A DNA stretch of 64,000 nt from the human T2T-CHM13v2.0 reference genome, Homo sapiens. The number at the start of each line of letters is the position of its first letter. Position 1 is the first letter of the stretch. Below the pieces are notes generated by a model. It saw nothing but the letters and a program-made list of their open reading frames with translations, ran no database searches and was not told the DNA's origin. Positions 33,381 to 51,630 of this stretch are shown in pieces. The position numbers and the translations under genes were made by a program. Where the stretch lies: the NCBI RefSeq assembly GCF_009914755.1, contig NC_060932.1. One strand, given 5' to 3'.

Positions 33381-34807
33381 TGGGAAAATTAAGGCCAAGA
33401 GAAGTTAAGCCAAGGTCACCAATCACAGCAGGCTGATGACCGAGCTGAGATTCAGAACCAGGAAAAAGCATTGAATCTGTCTCTGTTTTATTTTCAACCA
33501 TTTTAGTATTTCCATTTAAACATTTGGAAAATTGTCCATTTTCCTATTTTAACTTTGGGATTCAGAATCACCTGGAATACATACGATTTTCTATGCATTA
33601 GATTATAATCATCTTATTTTTAAATATAAATATGGTCATTAAGATTTATAGTTTAGCCATTTATGACTGTGTAGGATAAATTATATCACATGGTTATAAT
33701 ACTGTAGGAGTAGGAATTTTTGTTGTTAATTACATCGTATTGGAAAGCAGCTTTCTATACATATTTAATGTGTTACCTAACTTGTTCTTGCAGTACTAAA
33801 GAACCCTGGTAAATTCATTCTAATTATTCATATTCCAGGGCTATAACTAAATACGTTTTTAAAATCAAATATAAGCTGGCTCACCCTGAGAGGGAAAAAA
33901 ACTCATAAAATAGCACAGATGCATTTATAACAAATTTCTGAGGTAACTTAAAAGTACTCCCTGAACAGTTCATTGTCATTTAATAAAATTCAGCTTCAGT
34001 TATCTAGAACGTTTAATCAAATTTTATTTTTTCATGAAGTCTTATCATATAAAGTTGAGGACTAATGAAAGCTAATTTTTAGGTAGATAAAATATTTCAG
34101 CAAAAAAGCATGAAAGCATAAAATACCCTTGTTAGTGAAATGCTAATATAAGAGTGTAAACTTCTATAATGAATTAAAAGCATCTCCATATTAACTAAGT
34201 TTAATGACTTTAAAGCACATAACAAAATATATTGCATTATAAGAAAAATATTTGAAACTACTCTGGTATTTCATCCAGAAACAGCTTCATGACCCAGCAC
34301 CAAATAAACTTCCATACGAGTTCATAAACAAGAAGTCCATGAGCATCCTTAGCGGGCAGATTCACTCAATATATTTATGGCCGATAGGTTCAATAAATGG
34401 CTAAATAAAAAATATTGATATAATTCAGTGAGGCACAGTTTCTTGGGATCCATTATATTCAATTAACATAAGACTATTTCTTATGGTAACCAAATATGTA
34501 GATGTACCATATTATAGGGTAAATGATTATATTTTGGGCCAATATTTCTCAAATCAAATATGAATTACCCCCATTTTTTCAGGCCACTATTATAATAGTA
34601 TTTTAGAAGATTTTATATGGCCACTTATGAGTTCCCAGGTGTTGCACATAACCTAAAAAACATAGTTGACCCACTCCATGGCAAAATACTCAAGGAAAAT
34701 CTCCCTTTATCCCCATTAGAGTAGTAATCTACTTAAATTTTATAATATAACATTAAACTTCAACCCACTTCTTCCATTAATTAGTTTAGTACTAAAGAAG
34801 CAGGAAT

Positions 34808-35160
<353 letters not shown>

Positions 35161-35389
35161 TTATAAATTAGAAGTAAAAACATATATGTTTATTTTATAA
35201 ATTAGAAGTAAAAATATAATGTATGTGTACTGACAATGACTACAAAATAAAAAGTGAAGCCAAATAGTCACACATTAACCTATTTTTTCCATTTTTAAGC
35301 ATATGCAATAGGTACCATTTCTAATAACCAACTTAATTTAAGTGTTTATAATGTATAAACACTTTAATATCATCAAAATAATACCAGCT

Positions 35390-35540
35390 TATTTTACTGG
35401 GGTAAAAACACGTACAATTCCATATTGTTAACTTTGAGGTACAATGCCATACAGCAGATCACTAGAACTTAATTATCCTGCATACCTGAAACTTCATACC
35501 CATTGAATAGCAGCTCTCCATTTCCACCTCCACTCTCAAG
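35390..35540 (-). mobile_element. L1M (MA/MB) 3'UTR fragment
   Basis: atacagcagatcactagaactt...ctgaaacttcatacccattga. Confidence 0.65.
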
Positions 35541-37198
35541 CAGCTATCATATTCTCATTTAGCAAGTAAGAAAAATATGCCCAGGAGCTTATGTGTTTTT
35601 TTAAGAAGGCTCATAAAAAGTGCACATCAGCACTGGGACACATACTCTGGTCTACTATTTCAAATTTTTTTCATTCTGACTCTACCATCCCTTACACATA
35701 GGTGATGTTCCTGTTTTCAAGGACTATATGTAATGGCAATGTTCTTAGAATAATATTCTTGAAAATCAATCACAAATTTTAAACCCATTGAGATCATCAA
35801 GCCTGGAAGTTCTCAATTCCTTTCCCTTATTGCAAAACACACACCACATCACTCTGACATGAGCAATGGATAACCATCTACTGTATTTATATTAAAATCA
35901 GCTAAAAGTTATTTGCAACGTCTGATGTATTTGCGGTAACCACACTTCTTTCTGCCTGGCAAGAAATCATCAGAACTCAAGTGATGGCGATATTATTGTA
36001 GGAACAGTCTTGAAATCAGTAGTTTAATCGCCATTAATAAGGGTTGCTTGGAAATCACCTCAAAAATTATCTCAAAATATCAGAATATAGAAATAGTCCA
36101 GCTGTGGGTGGCAGATTTGAGCCCTTCATTGCATCTGTAAGGCCTAGAAGTTGAGCAACTGGTCCAATGAAGGAGTTCTGGTATATGGTAGAAGCAGTAC
36201 TAATATTCAGAGATCCTAATTCTGTTCTTCCCACCATTCTATTATCTCTTCATCTGCTTGTAGAGGTGAGAGATGTGAAATACCAGGTTTGGATTCACGA
36301 ATTCAGGAGTTAGATTAAAACATATTTCAGTATCTGTCTTCTCTGTTTCTTGCGCCATTCAACAATAAGGATACATAGTAGCTAATATTAGAAAAGGGAC
36401 TTGTGGATCTGAGAAGAATATCCAGAAGAAAGAATAACACACAAGGTTTCTGGGGAAAGTAGTTGAAGAAAGGAATTAAAATACAAGAGTGAGGCCTTTC
36501 ATCCTGGACTCTGTCTGCCACCAGCTGCTTTTCTCTCAATAAACTCGTGAATCACTGAATCAAGTAATTATTGAATATCTAGTATGAACCATGTACTACA
36601 CTTGTTACTAGAGGATATGTAACTTCTTTTGTAACACTTCAGTTACCTGAAGAAATTGAAGTTCTACATATAAGGAATTTACTAAAGACCCTAAAAATTA
36701 AGAATCAATACCCAATAGTGAGCACTGTACAAGTATTTGTTGATGGAACTATATTGATACTACCACTGTTTTAACATCAGATTTACTACAAATATGTTTC
36801 ATTCCCACTTGAAAACAGATGTTGGCTTCTCACAAGAAAACTCAACATCTCTATTGCTATATAGTTATATATTTAAACTTATTTTAAACCACAAAGTCTC
36901 ATTTTGGAGTGACCTAGATAATACCATCACCATATTGATAAAATATAGAGAAGAACTGCAGCTCTTTGGGACAATGGTTTCTAGCTGTGAAAGAGAAAGA
37001 CCTTTTATATTATTAAAATAAATTTTGAGGATATAAGTCTTTGAGAAGATTGAATAGTTATCTTTTGTGTGTTATCTCTTGTGACGCTATGAGAAAGATG
37101 TATACCTAATTGGTTCAAAGCTTGGTACTGATAAACAATAGCTTGATAAATACCGAACAAAAGCATTTTTTTTTTCATTTTAACAGTTGTACTTATCA

Positions 37199-37493
<295 letters not shown>

Positions 37494-37750
37494 TTATACT
37501 CATCAGAAGAATTAATGGTAAAAGTAAAGAACACAAACTAAATGTTTAGTCCTGTGCCCATATAAAGAGACAATTAATAAATGGAAGAGATTTTGATTTT
37601 GATTGCTCTAATAGATGATGGGTTTTGTCAGTAGGATGTAACTTCCCTCTAACTTCCTGAAATACATGTGACTACTTCCACTGAATGGTAGAATGTCAAA
37701 GTAAAACATTCTCAAAAGGTCAACTGAAAGTTCATCATTTTTAGGCCCTG

Positions 37751-37752
<2 letters not shown>

Positions 37753-37781
<29 letters not shown>

Positions 37782-38042
37782 ACAGAGTCTTGCTCTGTCA
37801 CCCAAGCTGGAGTGTAGTGTCAGCCTCTACCTCCTGGGTTAAAGCAATTCTCCTGCCTCATCCTGCCAAGTAGCTGAGACTACCAGTGTGCATCCCCATG
37901 CCCAGCTAGTTTTTGCATTTTTAGTACAGACAGGGTTTTGCCATATTGGCCAGGCTGGTCTCGAACTCCTGGACTCAAGTAATCCACCCACCTCGGCCTC
38001 CCAAAGTGCTGGGACTACAAACATGAGCCACTGCACCCAGCC
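37753..38042 (-). mobile_element. Alu (S/J) with small internal deletion
   Basis: TSD aggccctgaa. Confidence 0.93.
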
Positions 38043-38689
38043 AGGCCCTGAAATTTTTAATAACTGATGGTTCATTGGTTTAGCAAGCAACCATTGATTT
38101 TTTTCAACATTTTACAATATATGGTAGTGTTAGTCAAGAAGAATGGAACATTGTACTCATGACTCAGAGTGCATCCTCCATTTTAACTCTCAAATATTAA
38201 GTAAATATGAATTATTATCTACATTTTATATGTGGGGAACACAAGAACTAGAGACAATCAAAGCCCAAGTTCCAAATACTAATAGGAGGCAGATTATGAC
38301 AGAAACATCTTGATGTCCCCAAAGCCATAATATAACTTTTTTTTTTTCTGGCATCCACCTTGAAAATGACGCTTCTATTATTTTAAGGTTTACCAGGTTT
38401 CTGGTTTACAAAATATACCAATACCTGTTTTCTTTTATGATTGTATCACTGGACTTAACTCAATACAATAAACATTTATACAATGTATGCTTTCTCCAAA
38501 TGTTATCTTTTTATCACACAATCTCAATCATCCAGCAATACCTGCGGTTAGGGCCCAGCAGGGCAAGGTAGTAGGTTGTGTTTTTCATCTAAAAAATAAA
38601 TAAGAACTTTATTATAAATAGGGTTTAAAGTGGGCCTCTTCCATAAGGAAGCCTCCAATTTTTTTAACATAAAAAAATTAATGTAAAGG

Positions 38690-39169
<480 letters not shown>

Positions 39170-40314
39170 TGATACAAATGTAGTGTGGTACATCAGCATC
39201 CAGAAACCTAAAATACAGTTGGCATTGCAAGACTTCTACTTCTGATAATGACGGATTAGGTTATTCAAACCACCATTCCTGTTGAGAAAAATGGGGAATG
39301 CCAGACAAATTTAAAAGTCTGTCTGAGGACATTGTGGAGCTAAGAAATCAGTGAATATTTACAAGACTATGGCATAGAAAAAAATGTACCACCAGAGAGG
39401 CAAGCTCAGCATTTGGTTCTGCCTTTTCTGTAAGGTCTGTGTACCAATTCAGAACATGCAGCTGAAAGGCTGAGAATGCTGAGCAGAGTGTTTTAACAGC
39501 CCCATGTAAATAATGGCACAAATATTAGATTCCAAGACTTACCAAGCAGAAGGAACACTAGGAAACAAACACTTTGAATTGAGACCCCAAAACTGCAGCC
39601 TTTAATTAAAGGTGAAATAGAAACACACTGGACCTATAAGAAATGAAGCCCAATTTTGTAAAATCTCAATCACTGAAATTAGTTTGTGATGATCCAGATT
39701 TGCCAATGTCCCTAGCAACCAGCCACAAGCAAAATATATTCTAAAAAAGAATGAGACACATAGGGGACAGGACTATGTGATTTAAAAAGAGAAAAAACAG
39801 GCAAAACAAACAGAACCACAGGAAATCTAACAAATAGTTACAAGATAAAGAATTTTAAATAGCTAAGCTGAATATTTTCAAGAAGATAAATTTAAAGCTC
39901 AAGAAAGTTGGCAGATAAATGGAAACAAAGAAATGAAAATTTCTAGAACTGGAAGAGAAATTAAATGAAATTAAGAATTTAAAGGATGTGCTTAAAAGTA
40001 GATCAGATGCAGCTAAAGAGAAAATCTGTGAACTTGAAGATTGATCAGAAGAAAACACCCAGGATGAAGCATAAATAAACAATAGAACATAAAAAGGCAA
40101 CAAAATGAGCTTAAAGTAATAGAAGATACAGTAAGAATACACACAAACACACACAATTGAAGCTCAGAAAAACAAAGGAGAAAGAGTGGGAAAGAAGCAA
40201 TATTTAAAGACATGAAAAATTCCTGAAAATTTCCCAATGCCAAGGAAAGGCATCAAGGTATTGAGTCAAGAATTCTAGCATATCACAAGCATGATAAAAA
40301 AAAAAAAACTACAC

Positions 40315-40765
40315 AGTAGTGGGTTGAAGAGTGTTCTCCAAAAATCCATGTCCACTCAGAACCTCAGCTTCTTGACCTTATTTCAAAATAAGGTCTTTGC
40401 AAATGTAATTAATTAAGGATACCAAAATTAAATTATCCTAGATTTGGGGTTCACCCTAAATCTAGTCGCCAGATTCCTTATAAGAAGAGGAGAGGATACA
40501 TCAAGAAGAGAAGAAGGCCGTGTGAAGATGGAGACAGACACTGGAGTGATGCTGCCATAAGCCAAGAAATGCCTGGGGCCACAAGAAGCTGGAAGATGCA
40601 GGAAAAACTTTTTTCCTTGAGCCTCCAGAGAAAGTTTGCTTTCTTCTGCTATCTTGATTTTGGCTTAACAACAAAATTTTCAGAGTTCTAGCCTCCAGAA
40701 CTGTGAAAAAATAAATGTCTTGTTTTTAAACCATCCTGTTACAACAGCCCTAGAAAACTAATTCA
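40315..40765 (+). mobile_element. MLT1C-like MaLR LTR
   Basis: gaccttattt..aaataaggtctttgca; ccacaagaagctggaaga; cctccagaactgtga; aactaattca. Confidence 0.85.
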
Positions 40766-40903
40766 TACCCCAAGAACTTTAAAGTTCTGAAAATTGCTTC
40801 AGAGCTTCAGAGAAGCCATCAAAAAGACTGACAGGAATCACTTCTCAACAGAAATAAAACAATCAAGAAGATGAGGGAATATTTTCAAAGCACTGAATCT
40901 TAT

Positions 40904-42450
40904 TGTATACATAATCCATTGCTGCATAAAAAGTTACCCCCAAAACTTGGTGGCTGCAGACAATGCATATTTATTATCATTCAGGTTTTGTGGGTAAAGA
41001 ATCCATATGTAGATTAACAGGGTGCCTCTGGCTCAAAGTCATTCCTGCGTCTGCAGTCAAGCCATTAGCCAGGATTAAGGTCCCACCTAAAATCTCAGCC
41101 TAGACAGGAAGGAGGAAACTCCTTCCAACCTCACCTCTATGGTTGTTTGCAAGCCTCCATCCCTTGCCATGTCGGTTTATTGACAAGGATTCCTCCCAAC
41201 ATGGCAAGTAGCTTCAACCAAAGCAAGTCATTCAAGCTCAGGTGTAGATGAACCTCCAAAGGTATAAATCTTTACAGCAACTCAAGTATAGTTCCTCATG
41301 ATCTATAGAGCAGTGAATCTAAAATGACTAGTAATCTTTTCCCAACACACAAAACATACATTGGTGGAACAGGAACAGGATAACCACTATAGACATTTCT
41401 GTTCAAAGAGAGGAAGATGTGAACCACAAACTAGCCACTGGTCCATAGCAATTTTAAAATTGAGATGTGCAAATGTTGCAAGCTCCTTGATTACATCCGA
41501 GGTCTGATAATAATTCCTCATGATTCCCTGCTTCGCTCTCTGTGCTCTTATTTCCACCCTCTAAGGCATCTTTTTTCATGGAAGTTAGTATATGTTTGAA
41601 AACCTCAGTCTGTTTTCTGCCAGAAGCTTCCCTCATCTGGTACTGTGTTCTCCTTATTCCAAGATGCCAATGTTTGTACATATATAACTCTTTTAAAAAT
41701 ATTGTGGGTCTCTTGCCAATCTTCTTGATATTTACTTTATTAGATAAAAAGCTACATCTCCAAATTTCCTCGAGATAAATATGTTTCTATCTTGGATATC
41801 TATAGAGTCATAATACTCTTCAGCTTCTTAGAATCCATATTGTTTAGGAGGATCTACAAGTCCCATGATTAAGTAATTTAAAGAGCTTTACACTTGACTA
41901 AATAATACTCTGAGTAAACCACCTTTGATTTTCCAATTATACCTTCAGCTTCATCCTTAGACCAAATTTTCTTGAGAATGCCTTGTATTTGGTCTTTGTT
42001 CAGAAGCCACTTCTTAACTTTAGCATTATTTTTTATCTGTATAGGCTGAGAATTTTCAAAACCATCAAGTTAAGTTCTGACTCCTTTTTGTTTGACAGCC
42101 CATCTCTCAATTTATCTCTCTCTGCACATTTTGCTATAAGCATCAGAAGAAACCAAGTGACACCTTCAGAATTTTGCTTAGAAATTTTAGTTATGTCATT
42201 CAAAAGGAAATTTTCTACCTTTCATGAACTTTCTGCCACTACATAACAAAAATCTCCTGTCTCCAGTTCCAATAAGATATTTATTACTATCCAGTAAAAC
42301 TTCACTGGCAGCATTCTCAGAGATGATGGGATTTCTCTGAACACTTTCTTCAATGCACTTTAGAGTTCCACTAACTCTCTCTCCTCAAAGTCCACTGAGC
42401 AATTCCAAAGCCACTCACACATTTTAAGTATTTTTTACTTGAAACATCTA
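40904..42450 (-). mobile_element. MLT1F-like LTR plus MLT1 internal sequence
   Basis: attgctgcataa...caaaacttggtggct; internal ggtggaacaggaacaggataaccactatagacatt. Confidence 0.7.
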
Positions 42451-42454
42451 TTTT

Positions 42455-42922
42455 ATACGGAATGAAAAATGACAACCCCAAAAGGCTGCATAGTGTATAA
42501 TTTCAATTAGGTAAACATTCCTCACAGGACAAAATTATGGGAATGAAGAGCAAATCAGTGATCACCAGCGATCAAGGATATGGGAAGGAGGTGTGTGTCT
42601 ATAAAGGGGTAGCATAAAGGACCATGTAATGAGATCAGAGTTATGTATTTGGTGATCAGCGATGGTTACAACAAATCTACACATATGATAAAATTGTATC
42701 AAACTGCATGCACACAAACACACAACTGCATGTAAAACTGGTGAAATGAATATGTTTTGTAGATTCTACCATTCTCAATTTCCTGGATTTTATATTGCAC
42801 CACAGTTATGTGAGATGTTAGCATTGGGGGAAACTGAATAAAGGGTACACAGGACATCCTTGTACATGCTTTTTGGAACTTCTGACAAGTCTATTATTCA
42901 AAATAAAATGTTTTTTAAAAAA
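42455..42922 (+). mobile_element. L1MC/MD 3' end
   Basis: acaaatctacacatatgataaaattg...ggggaaactgaataaagggtacacaggac. Confidence 0.75.
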
Positions 42923-43404
42923 ACTTATCAAAATGGACACAAGAAAAATAAGAAATCTGATTATTTCATATGTAACAAATTTTATCAACAGTTAAAATTC
43001 CAGGCCCATATGGCTTCACCAGTGAATTTTACCAAACATTTCAAAAAAATAAATAAATCCCAACTCATTATATCAAAACACCTTAATCTTGCTACCAAAA
43101 CCTGTCCATTACACGGCATTACAAGGACAAGACAGGGAAATTGCAGTTCTACCTCAATCGTGAATATAGTTAATCCTAAACAGAGTATTTGCAAACTGAA
43201 TCCAGTATAAAAGGGATCATTCATCAAGGCAAAATAGGGTTTATTGTCAGGATTTACAAATTGAATCAACGTTTGAAAATCACTTAATTCACTAGCAAAA
43301 TAAAAGAAAAACTAATACAGATATCAATATATGCCGAAAAATGATAAAATCAAATCCTCATTCATGATTTTTAAATAGTAATAATAACAACTCTTAGAAA
43401 ACTA

Positions 43405-44191
<787 letters not shown>

Positions 44192-44593
44192 AATAATAGA
44201 AGAATATTTCTTAATTTAAGAAAAAGACACCTGCAAAAACCTACGACAAACTTTATACTCAATGGTAAAATACTGAAAGCTTTCCCTCTGAGTTCCTGAG
44301 TGAGACAAAAACTACCTTTAGCTCCATTCAACACTATACTGAAGATTGTAGTCAGCCCCATAAAGCAAGAAACAGAAATAAAAATAGAATAAAATTAGGA
44401 AGAAATAAAGCTGTCATTTTTCCAGACAATATGATTCTATAAAAAATAAATCCCAATAAATCTACATAAAAATTATTAAAAATTAGTGAGCTTAACAAAG
44501 TAGTTCATAAGGCTAATAACCAAAAACATATTCCATCTTTATGCATTAGCAACAAAAATTTGGAAACTACAACTCTGAAAAGATACTATATAC

Positions 44594-44885
44594 AGCCAGG
44601 CACAGTGGCTCACACCTGGAATCCCTGCTCTTTGGGATGCCAAGGCAGGAGGATCGATTGAGACCAGGAGTTTAGGACCAGCCTGGGAAACATAACGAGA
44701 CCCCCTTCTCTACAAAAAATTCAGAAAATTAGCCAAACAGGGTGCCACACATCTGTAGTCACAGCTGCTAGGGAGGATTAGGTAGGAGAATCACATGAGC
44801 CCAGGAATTTGAGGTGGCAGTGAGGTATAATTATATCACTGCACTCCAGTCTCAGCAACTGAGTGTGAACCTATCTTTAAAAAAG
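44594..44885 (+). mobile_element. AluJ
   Basis: diverged J-type Alu. Confidence 0.9.
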
Positions 44886-44888
44886 TAA

Positions 44889-44924
<36 letters not shown>

Positions 44925-45015
44925 ATATATGTGTGTATATATATGTATATATGTGTGTGTGTATATATATATACACACACATTTATATATATACATTTAT
45001 ATATATTTATTTATA
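44889..45015. repeat. compound (TA)n/(TG)n/(CA)n repeat
   Basis: alternating purine-pyrimidine tract. Confidence 0.9.
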
Positions 45016-45909
45016 ATAACTCAAAACCACCTGGTATCCAGGGAGAAATAAATACATATAACAATCTGCATGACTACTAAACAGTAAACTTTAAAACATT
45101 AGTTAAAATAAATATTCTCAAAAAATAAAAATATGGTAAAAAATGATAATTCTCCCCAAATTATCGATAGATTCAGTGCAATTTTAATCAAAATCCCAAT
45201 ATATTTTCCTGTGGAAATGGATACATAAGCTCATTCTACCTTTTATGTAAAAAAAGGCCATAATTAAGCAAGACATTCTTGAAAAAGAATGTTAAGGTGG
45301 GTCTATCATATATAAAGATCAGACATAAAGCTATAGTAATTTAGATGTGGTATTGCCACATGTTTAGCCAAATGAACAAATAGAGAAGAATACAGATTTC
45401 AGAAACAGAACCATTCACATATGGAGAAAGCTGGTGTTACACAACAGAGGGAGAAAGTTATTTCAATAACTAGCTCTTGGTCAAATACATACCCACTAAG
45501 AAAAACAACGAAACTTCATCTCTCACACCATTCACAGAAATTACTTTAAGCAGGTTTTAAACCTAAATGTGAAATAAAAAAAAATAAAGCTTCGATAATC
45601 TAACAGATTAATACCTTCCTTATTCTAATACTTGCCATAAGGAAAGATTAAACAAAATACAAAAAAAAGCAAAAACACAAAATATATTTAGAGTCCATTA
45701 ATAATAATTAATTTAAATCATGTGTTCATTAAAAAAACCCCTATTATAAAAATGAAAAGGCAAGCCATGGAGTGGGGGGGGCACATATTTGCAACACCTT
45801 CAACTGGCGAAAGAATAGTATCCAGAATATAGTAAGAACACCTATGGTAAGAAAAAGACAGACAACCCAACACAAATACAATCAAGAGAATTATTGAACA
45901 GGTACTTCA

Positions 45910-46219
<310 letters not shown>

Positions 46220-46223
46220 TCTC

Positions 46224-46892
<669 letters not shown>

Positions 46893-47123
46893 AAAAGACG
46901 TTCAATTTCATTAGTAATCAGTGAAATGAAAACAAAAAGGTACCACTATATACCCATGAGAATGCCTAATAAAAAAAGACAATACCAAGTATTGACAGGC
47001 AAGTGGGAGATTGGAAATGCACGTGCTCTGTGAGTGGTAAATTTGTACAACCATTCAGAACACACGCATACCCAGCACAAATACACAGGAGTGCTGGACA
47101 TGAGTACAAGAACGTTCATAGCT

Positions 47124-47438
<315 letters not shown>

Positions 47439-47740
47439 GGCCAGGCGCAGTGGCTCACGCCTGTAATCCCAGAATTTTGGGAGGCCAAGAAGGGCAGATC
47501 ACTAGGTCAGGAGATCAAGACCATCCTGGCTAACACGGTGAAACCCCCTCTCTACTAAAAACACAAAAAATTAGCCAGGCATGGTGGCTGGCACCTGTAG
47601 TCCCAGCTACTCGGGAGGGTGAAGCAGGAGAATGCTATAAACCCGGGAGGCAGAGCTTGCATTGAGCCGAGATCGCCACTGCACTCCAGCCTGGGCAACA
47701 GAGCAAGACTCCGTCTCAAAAAAAAATAATAATTAAAAGA
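47439..47740 (+). mobile_element. AluY inserted in the AluSp tail
   Basis: accatcctggctaacacgg; gagcttgc. Confidence 0.92.
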
Positions 47741-48140
47741 AAAGAATGTTCATAGCAGCACTATTCCTAACAGTCCCAATTGAGAAACAAGCCAAATCAT
47801 CAACAATAAAATAAATACAACACAGACAGCCATGAAGTCTGATAAACTGCAGCTACCTTTAGCAACATGATGAATCTCATAAATATAAAGAGAAAGAAGG
47901 TGTGTTCAAGAACACATAGTGTACAGTTAAATTTATATAAAATTCAAAAACAGGCAAAGAAGTCAAGACCTACCCACCTTTGAGAAAGAAGAAAGGGTGC
48001 TGATGGAGAAGTGGTAAAAGACAGAGGTAGTGGGATCCTCAGGGGCTGGCTGTGTCTCTTGACCGCTGTGGTAAATTCGTAAGCATCTTCTCTATCATAA
48101 TTTATTAAGCTGCACATTTCATACTATGCATTGTTTTGTG

Positions 48141-48905
<765 letters not shown>

Positions 48906-48949
48906 TGGGTATTCAATATCAATTAAAGCATCTTTGAATAAAAGGGCAC

Positions 48950-49221
48950 CTGCTTCATGCCCTCTGTTCCTTCTTCATGTTCCTCTGCCCTGATGCCTGA
49001 CGTGCTCATGGGCCAGCTGGTGCCTTAGTTACCATGCTGGACCATGAGCACAAGTTCTGGGCATCATATACATGAGCTAGAAAGAGCCAAGATCCCTGAG
49101 GCCAACATGCTTTCCACAGACTTCCTGCCTCTGGATGTTTATGTGGGAGAAATAAACCTTTACCTGCGGTAAGACACCATAGTTTGGGTCAATGGAACAC
49201 AAATCCTATCTTCACTGATAC
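48950..49221 (+). mobile_element. old MLT1 (J/K-like) LTR fragment
   Basis: atgtgggagaaataaacc...taagacacca...actgataca. Confidence 0.55.
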
Positions 49222-50120
49222 AAAAAGCCAGATCACAAGTCTAAAGCTCACAGCCGTCTACACCCATCTTTTTCCACAACCCTCTCAGAGTCTTACACTG
49301 TTACACCAAATTCTGGAAATTTCGTGTCAAAGAAAAAGCAATCAAATCCATTTATGTAAAAGTGAATATTGGGGCAGTGCCAAAAAAACTTTAATTGGAA
49401 ACTCTCTGATTTGTTACACCTTAAAAAAATCAAACAGTGTTTTATGGCATTGATTTTTCTCTTTTTCAGCTATGGCAGCTGTTGCTTTGTAAAACTGGAA
49501 TGTGACCTTTTCCTTCTTCCCACATGATTTACTCACTCCTGCATGTTAATACTTGGCAAATGATTTTTTCCTGAATATGCAGATATTTCTAAGCACTTTA
49601 TTTGGTTTTTCCCATGACAATTTCAGCGTACACTTAATGTCATTTGGAATATTTTACATGGAAATAAAGAGAGGAAACGGAAGGAAATATGCGAAGATGT
49701 GATTCACTAGCTTAAAAAGCCATTTCCTTGGTAAAGGGTCACTCAAAATGTTTCACGAGGGAAATATACGGCCACATAATCAAACAGAATAAAGCAGAAA
49801 CTCAGTGCAAGAGCTGTCCACTGGCATAAGCAGCTCAAAGACGAGACCTTAACTGGAACTTTGGAGCTCAGGCATGCTTCATCTGAGAAAGTCACAAGTC
49901 ATTTTATAACATCCAGTTTTCTAATTTTCAGCTAACTTATGAGTTTCTTGGTTGTTACTTTTAGTCAGAATCTAATCCAAATAGTATTTTTCATGACCTC
50001 CACTGAGTTCTCCAGGGCAGGGTTCTCTATCCTTACCCACTTTGGCCCTACCTAACTTCATTCCCATTACAAAGGGGACCCCTTAGTGTAACCATGTGTC
50101 TCAGACATGCAAGAAGAGAG

Positions 50121-50499
50121 AGCTATGCACTGAATGTTTGTGTCGCCACCTCCCCACCACCACCAAAATTCAAATGTTAAACCCCAAATCTCCAATGTGA
50201 TGGTATTTGGAAGTAGGGCCTTTGAAAAGTAATTAAATTTAATGAGGTCTTAAGGTCGAGCCCCCATAATGAGACTACTGTCCTTAGAAGAGCAGAAACC
50301 AGAGCTCATTCTCTCTCCATCATGTGAGAACACAGCAAGAAGGCAGCCGTCTACAAGCCAGGAAGAGAGAACTCACCAAGAACCAGATCTGCTGATGGCT
50401 TGATCTCGTACTTCAGCCTCCAGATCTGTGACAAATGTTTGTGATTTAAGCCACCCAGGCCTCGCTATTTTGTTAAAGCCACCCAACTTGACTAAGACA
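50121..50499 (+). mobile_element. MLT1A-like LTR
   Basis: gctatgcactgaatgtttgtgtc...caagaaggcagccgtctacaagccagg...gactaagaca. Confidence 0.88.
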
Positions 50500-51199
50500 C
50501 AAGGGATTAGTATAGCTTGGGAGGGGTTCAAGTTCTGAACATGGTACAGATTCAAAGAAAACAGGACTTGCCCACAAGAAACAAGATTAAGCCAGTACCC
50601 TCAATAGAACAGAAGAGCTAGAAAATAAGGGAAAAGGGACTGGAAAGTAAGAAGGAAGGGATGTGTGTGTGTGTGTCTGCCTGTCTGAAACAGGTACTAC
50701 AGGGACGAGTGGATGACCCAATGGATTCTACACCATCTTCTGGCCTCTGTGCCCATGCTCCACTCCATGTAAGTCTGGGTTCTTTCCTGTGATGGGCTGC
50801 ATCTTTCATGATGGCAGGTCACCATCAACGACTCACTCCTCCTACTTCTTATATTATTAAGTATCTATAAGAAAGGACTGCTCCCTGGATCAGCCTTGCC
50901 CTCAAAGTAGTGTAGGTTCAAGTGGGAGAAGAATTGGAGAGGAGAATAAACAAGGCTTCTGCAGCTCACCAGGGGAAGATGACTTTGAATTTCTTTAAAA
51001 ATTGGATCTTTTATCTCACTGGGAGGTGAGACTAGAGATGATAAAAGGACAGAAATGAACAGAAGCTCCCATACCTCCATCAAGAGCCCACCACCCCCTC
51101 CACCTCTGAAGAATTGCCAATGATTGATCTCTCTGTCCTCTCTCATTTCTTCTACTGCACCCCTGCCCCTGCCTTGCTGTAGCTCAAAGCATCACATCT

Positions 51200-51630
51200 C
51201 ACTAGCTTTTTTTGTATTAGGCAAATAGTACTGAGCCTCAGTTTCTCCATACTATCTCCAAAGATGGTTGTGAAAATTAAAATGAGGTCATATGGGCAGT
51301 GACCCTCACACTGCCTGGTATATAAAGGGCACTCAATAAAAATTTCTTTCTCCTGGCATATTAGAGAGTGTGGCATGAACAAAAACAGCAGAGCACTTGT
51401 TAAAACCCTCAGATTTTCTCTTTTGTTGAGTAGACCTAAAACAGGAAACCTCTTGCTGGGTAACTTACTGAAACTTTAAGCCTCAGTTCCACATCTGTAA
51501 AACTGTGATAAAATTACTTCCTCATAGGAGGATTTGTAAAATAAAAAGATGAGATAACGCCTCTAGAATCTTTAACATAGGATCTGAAACATGGCACTTT
51601 TCAACAAATGGTAGCACCTGATAATGATGA
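51200..51630 (+). mobile_element. two MIR fragments
   Basis: ctgagcctcagtttctcc; aagcctcagttccacatctgtaaaa. Confidence 0.65.
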
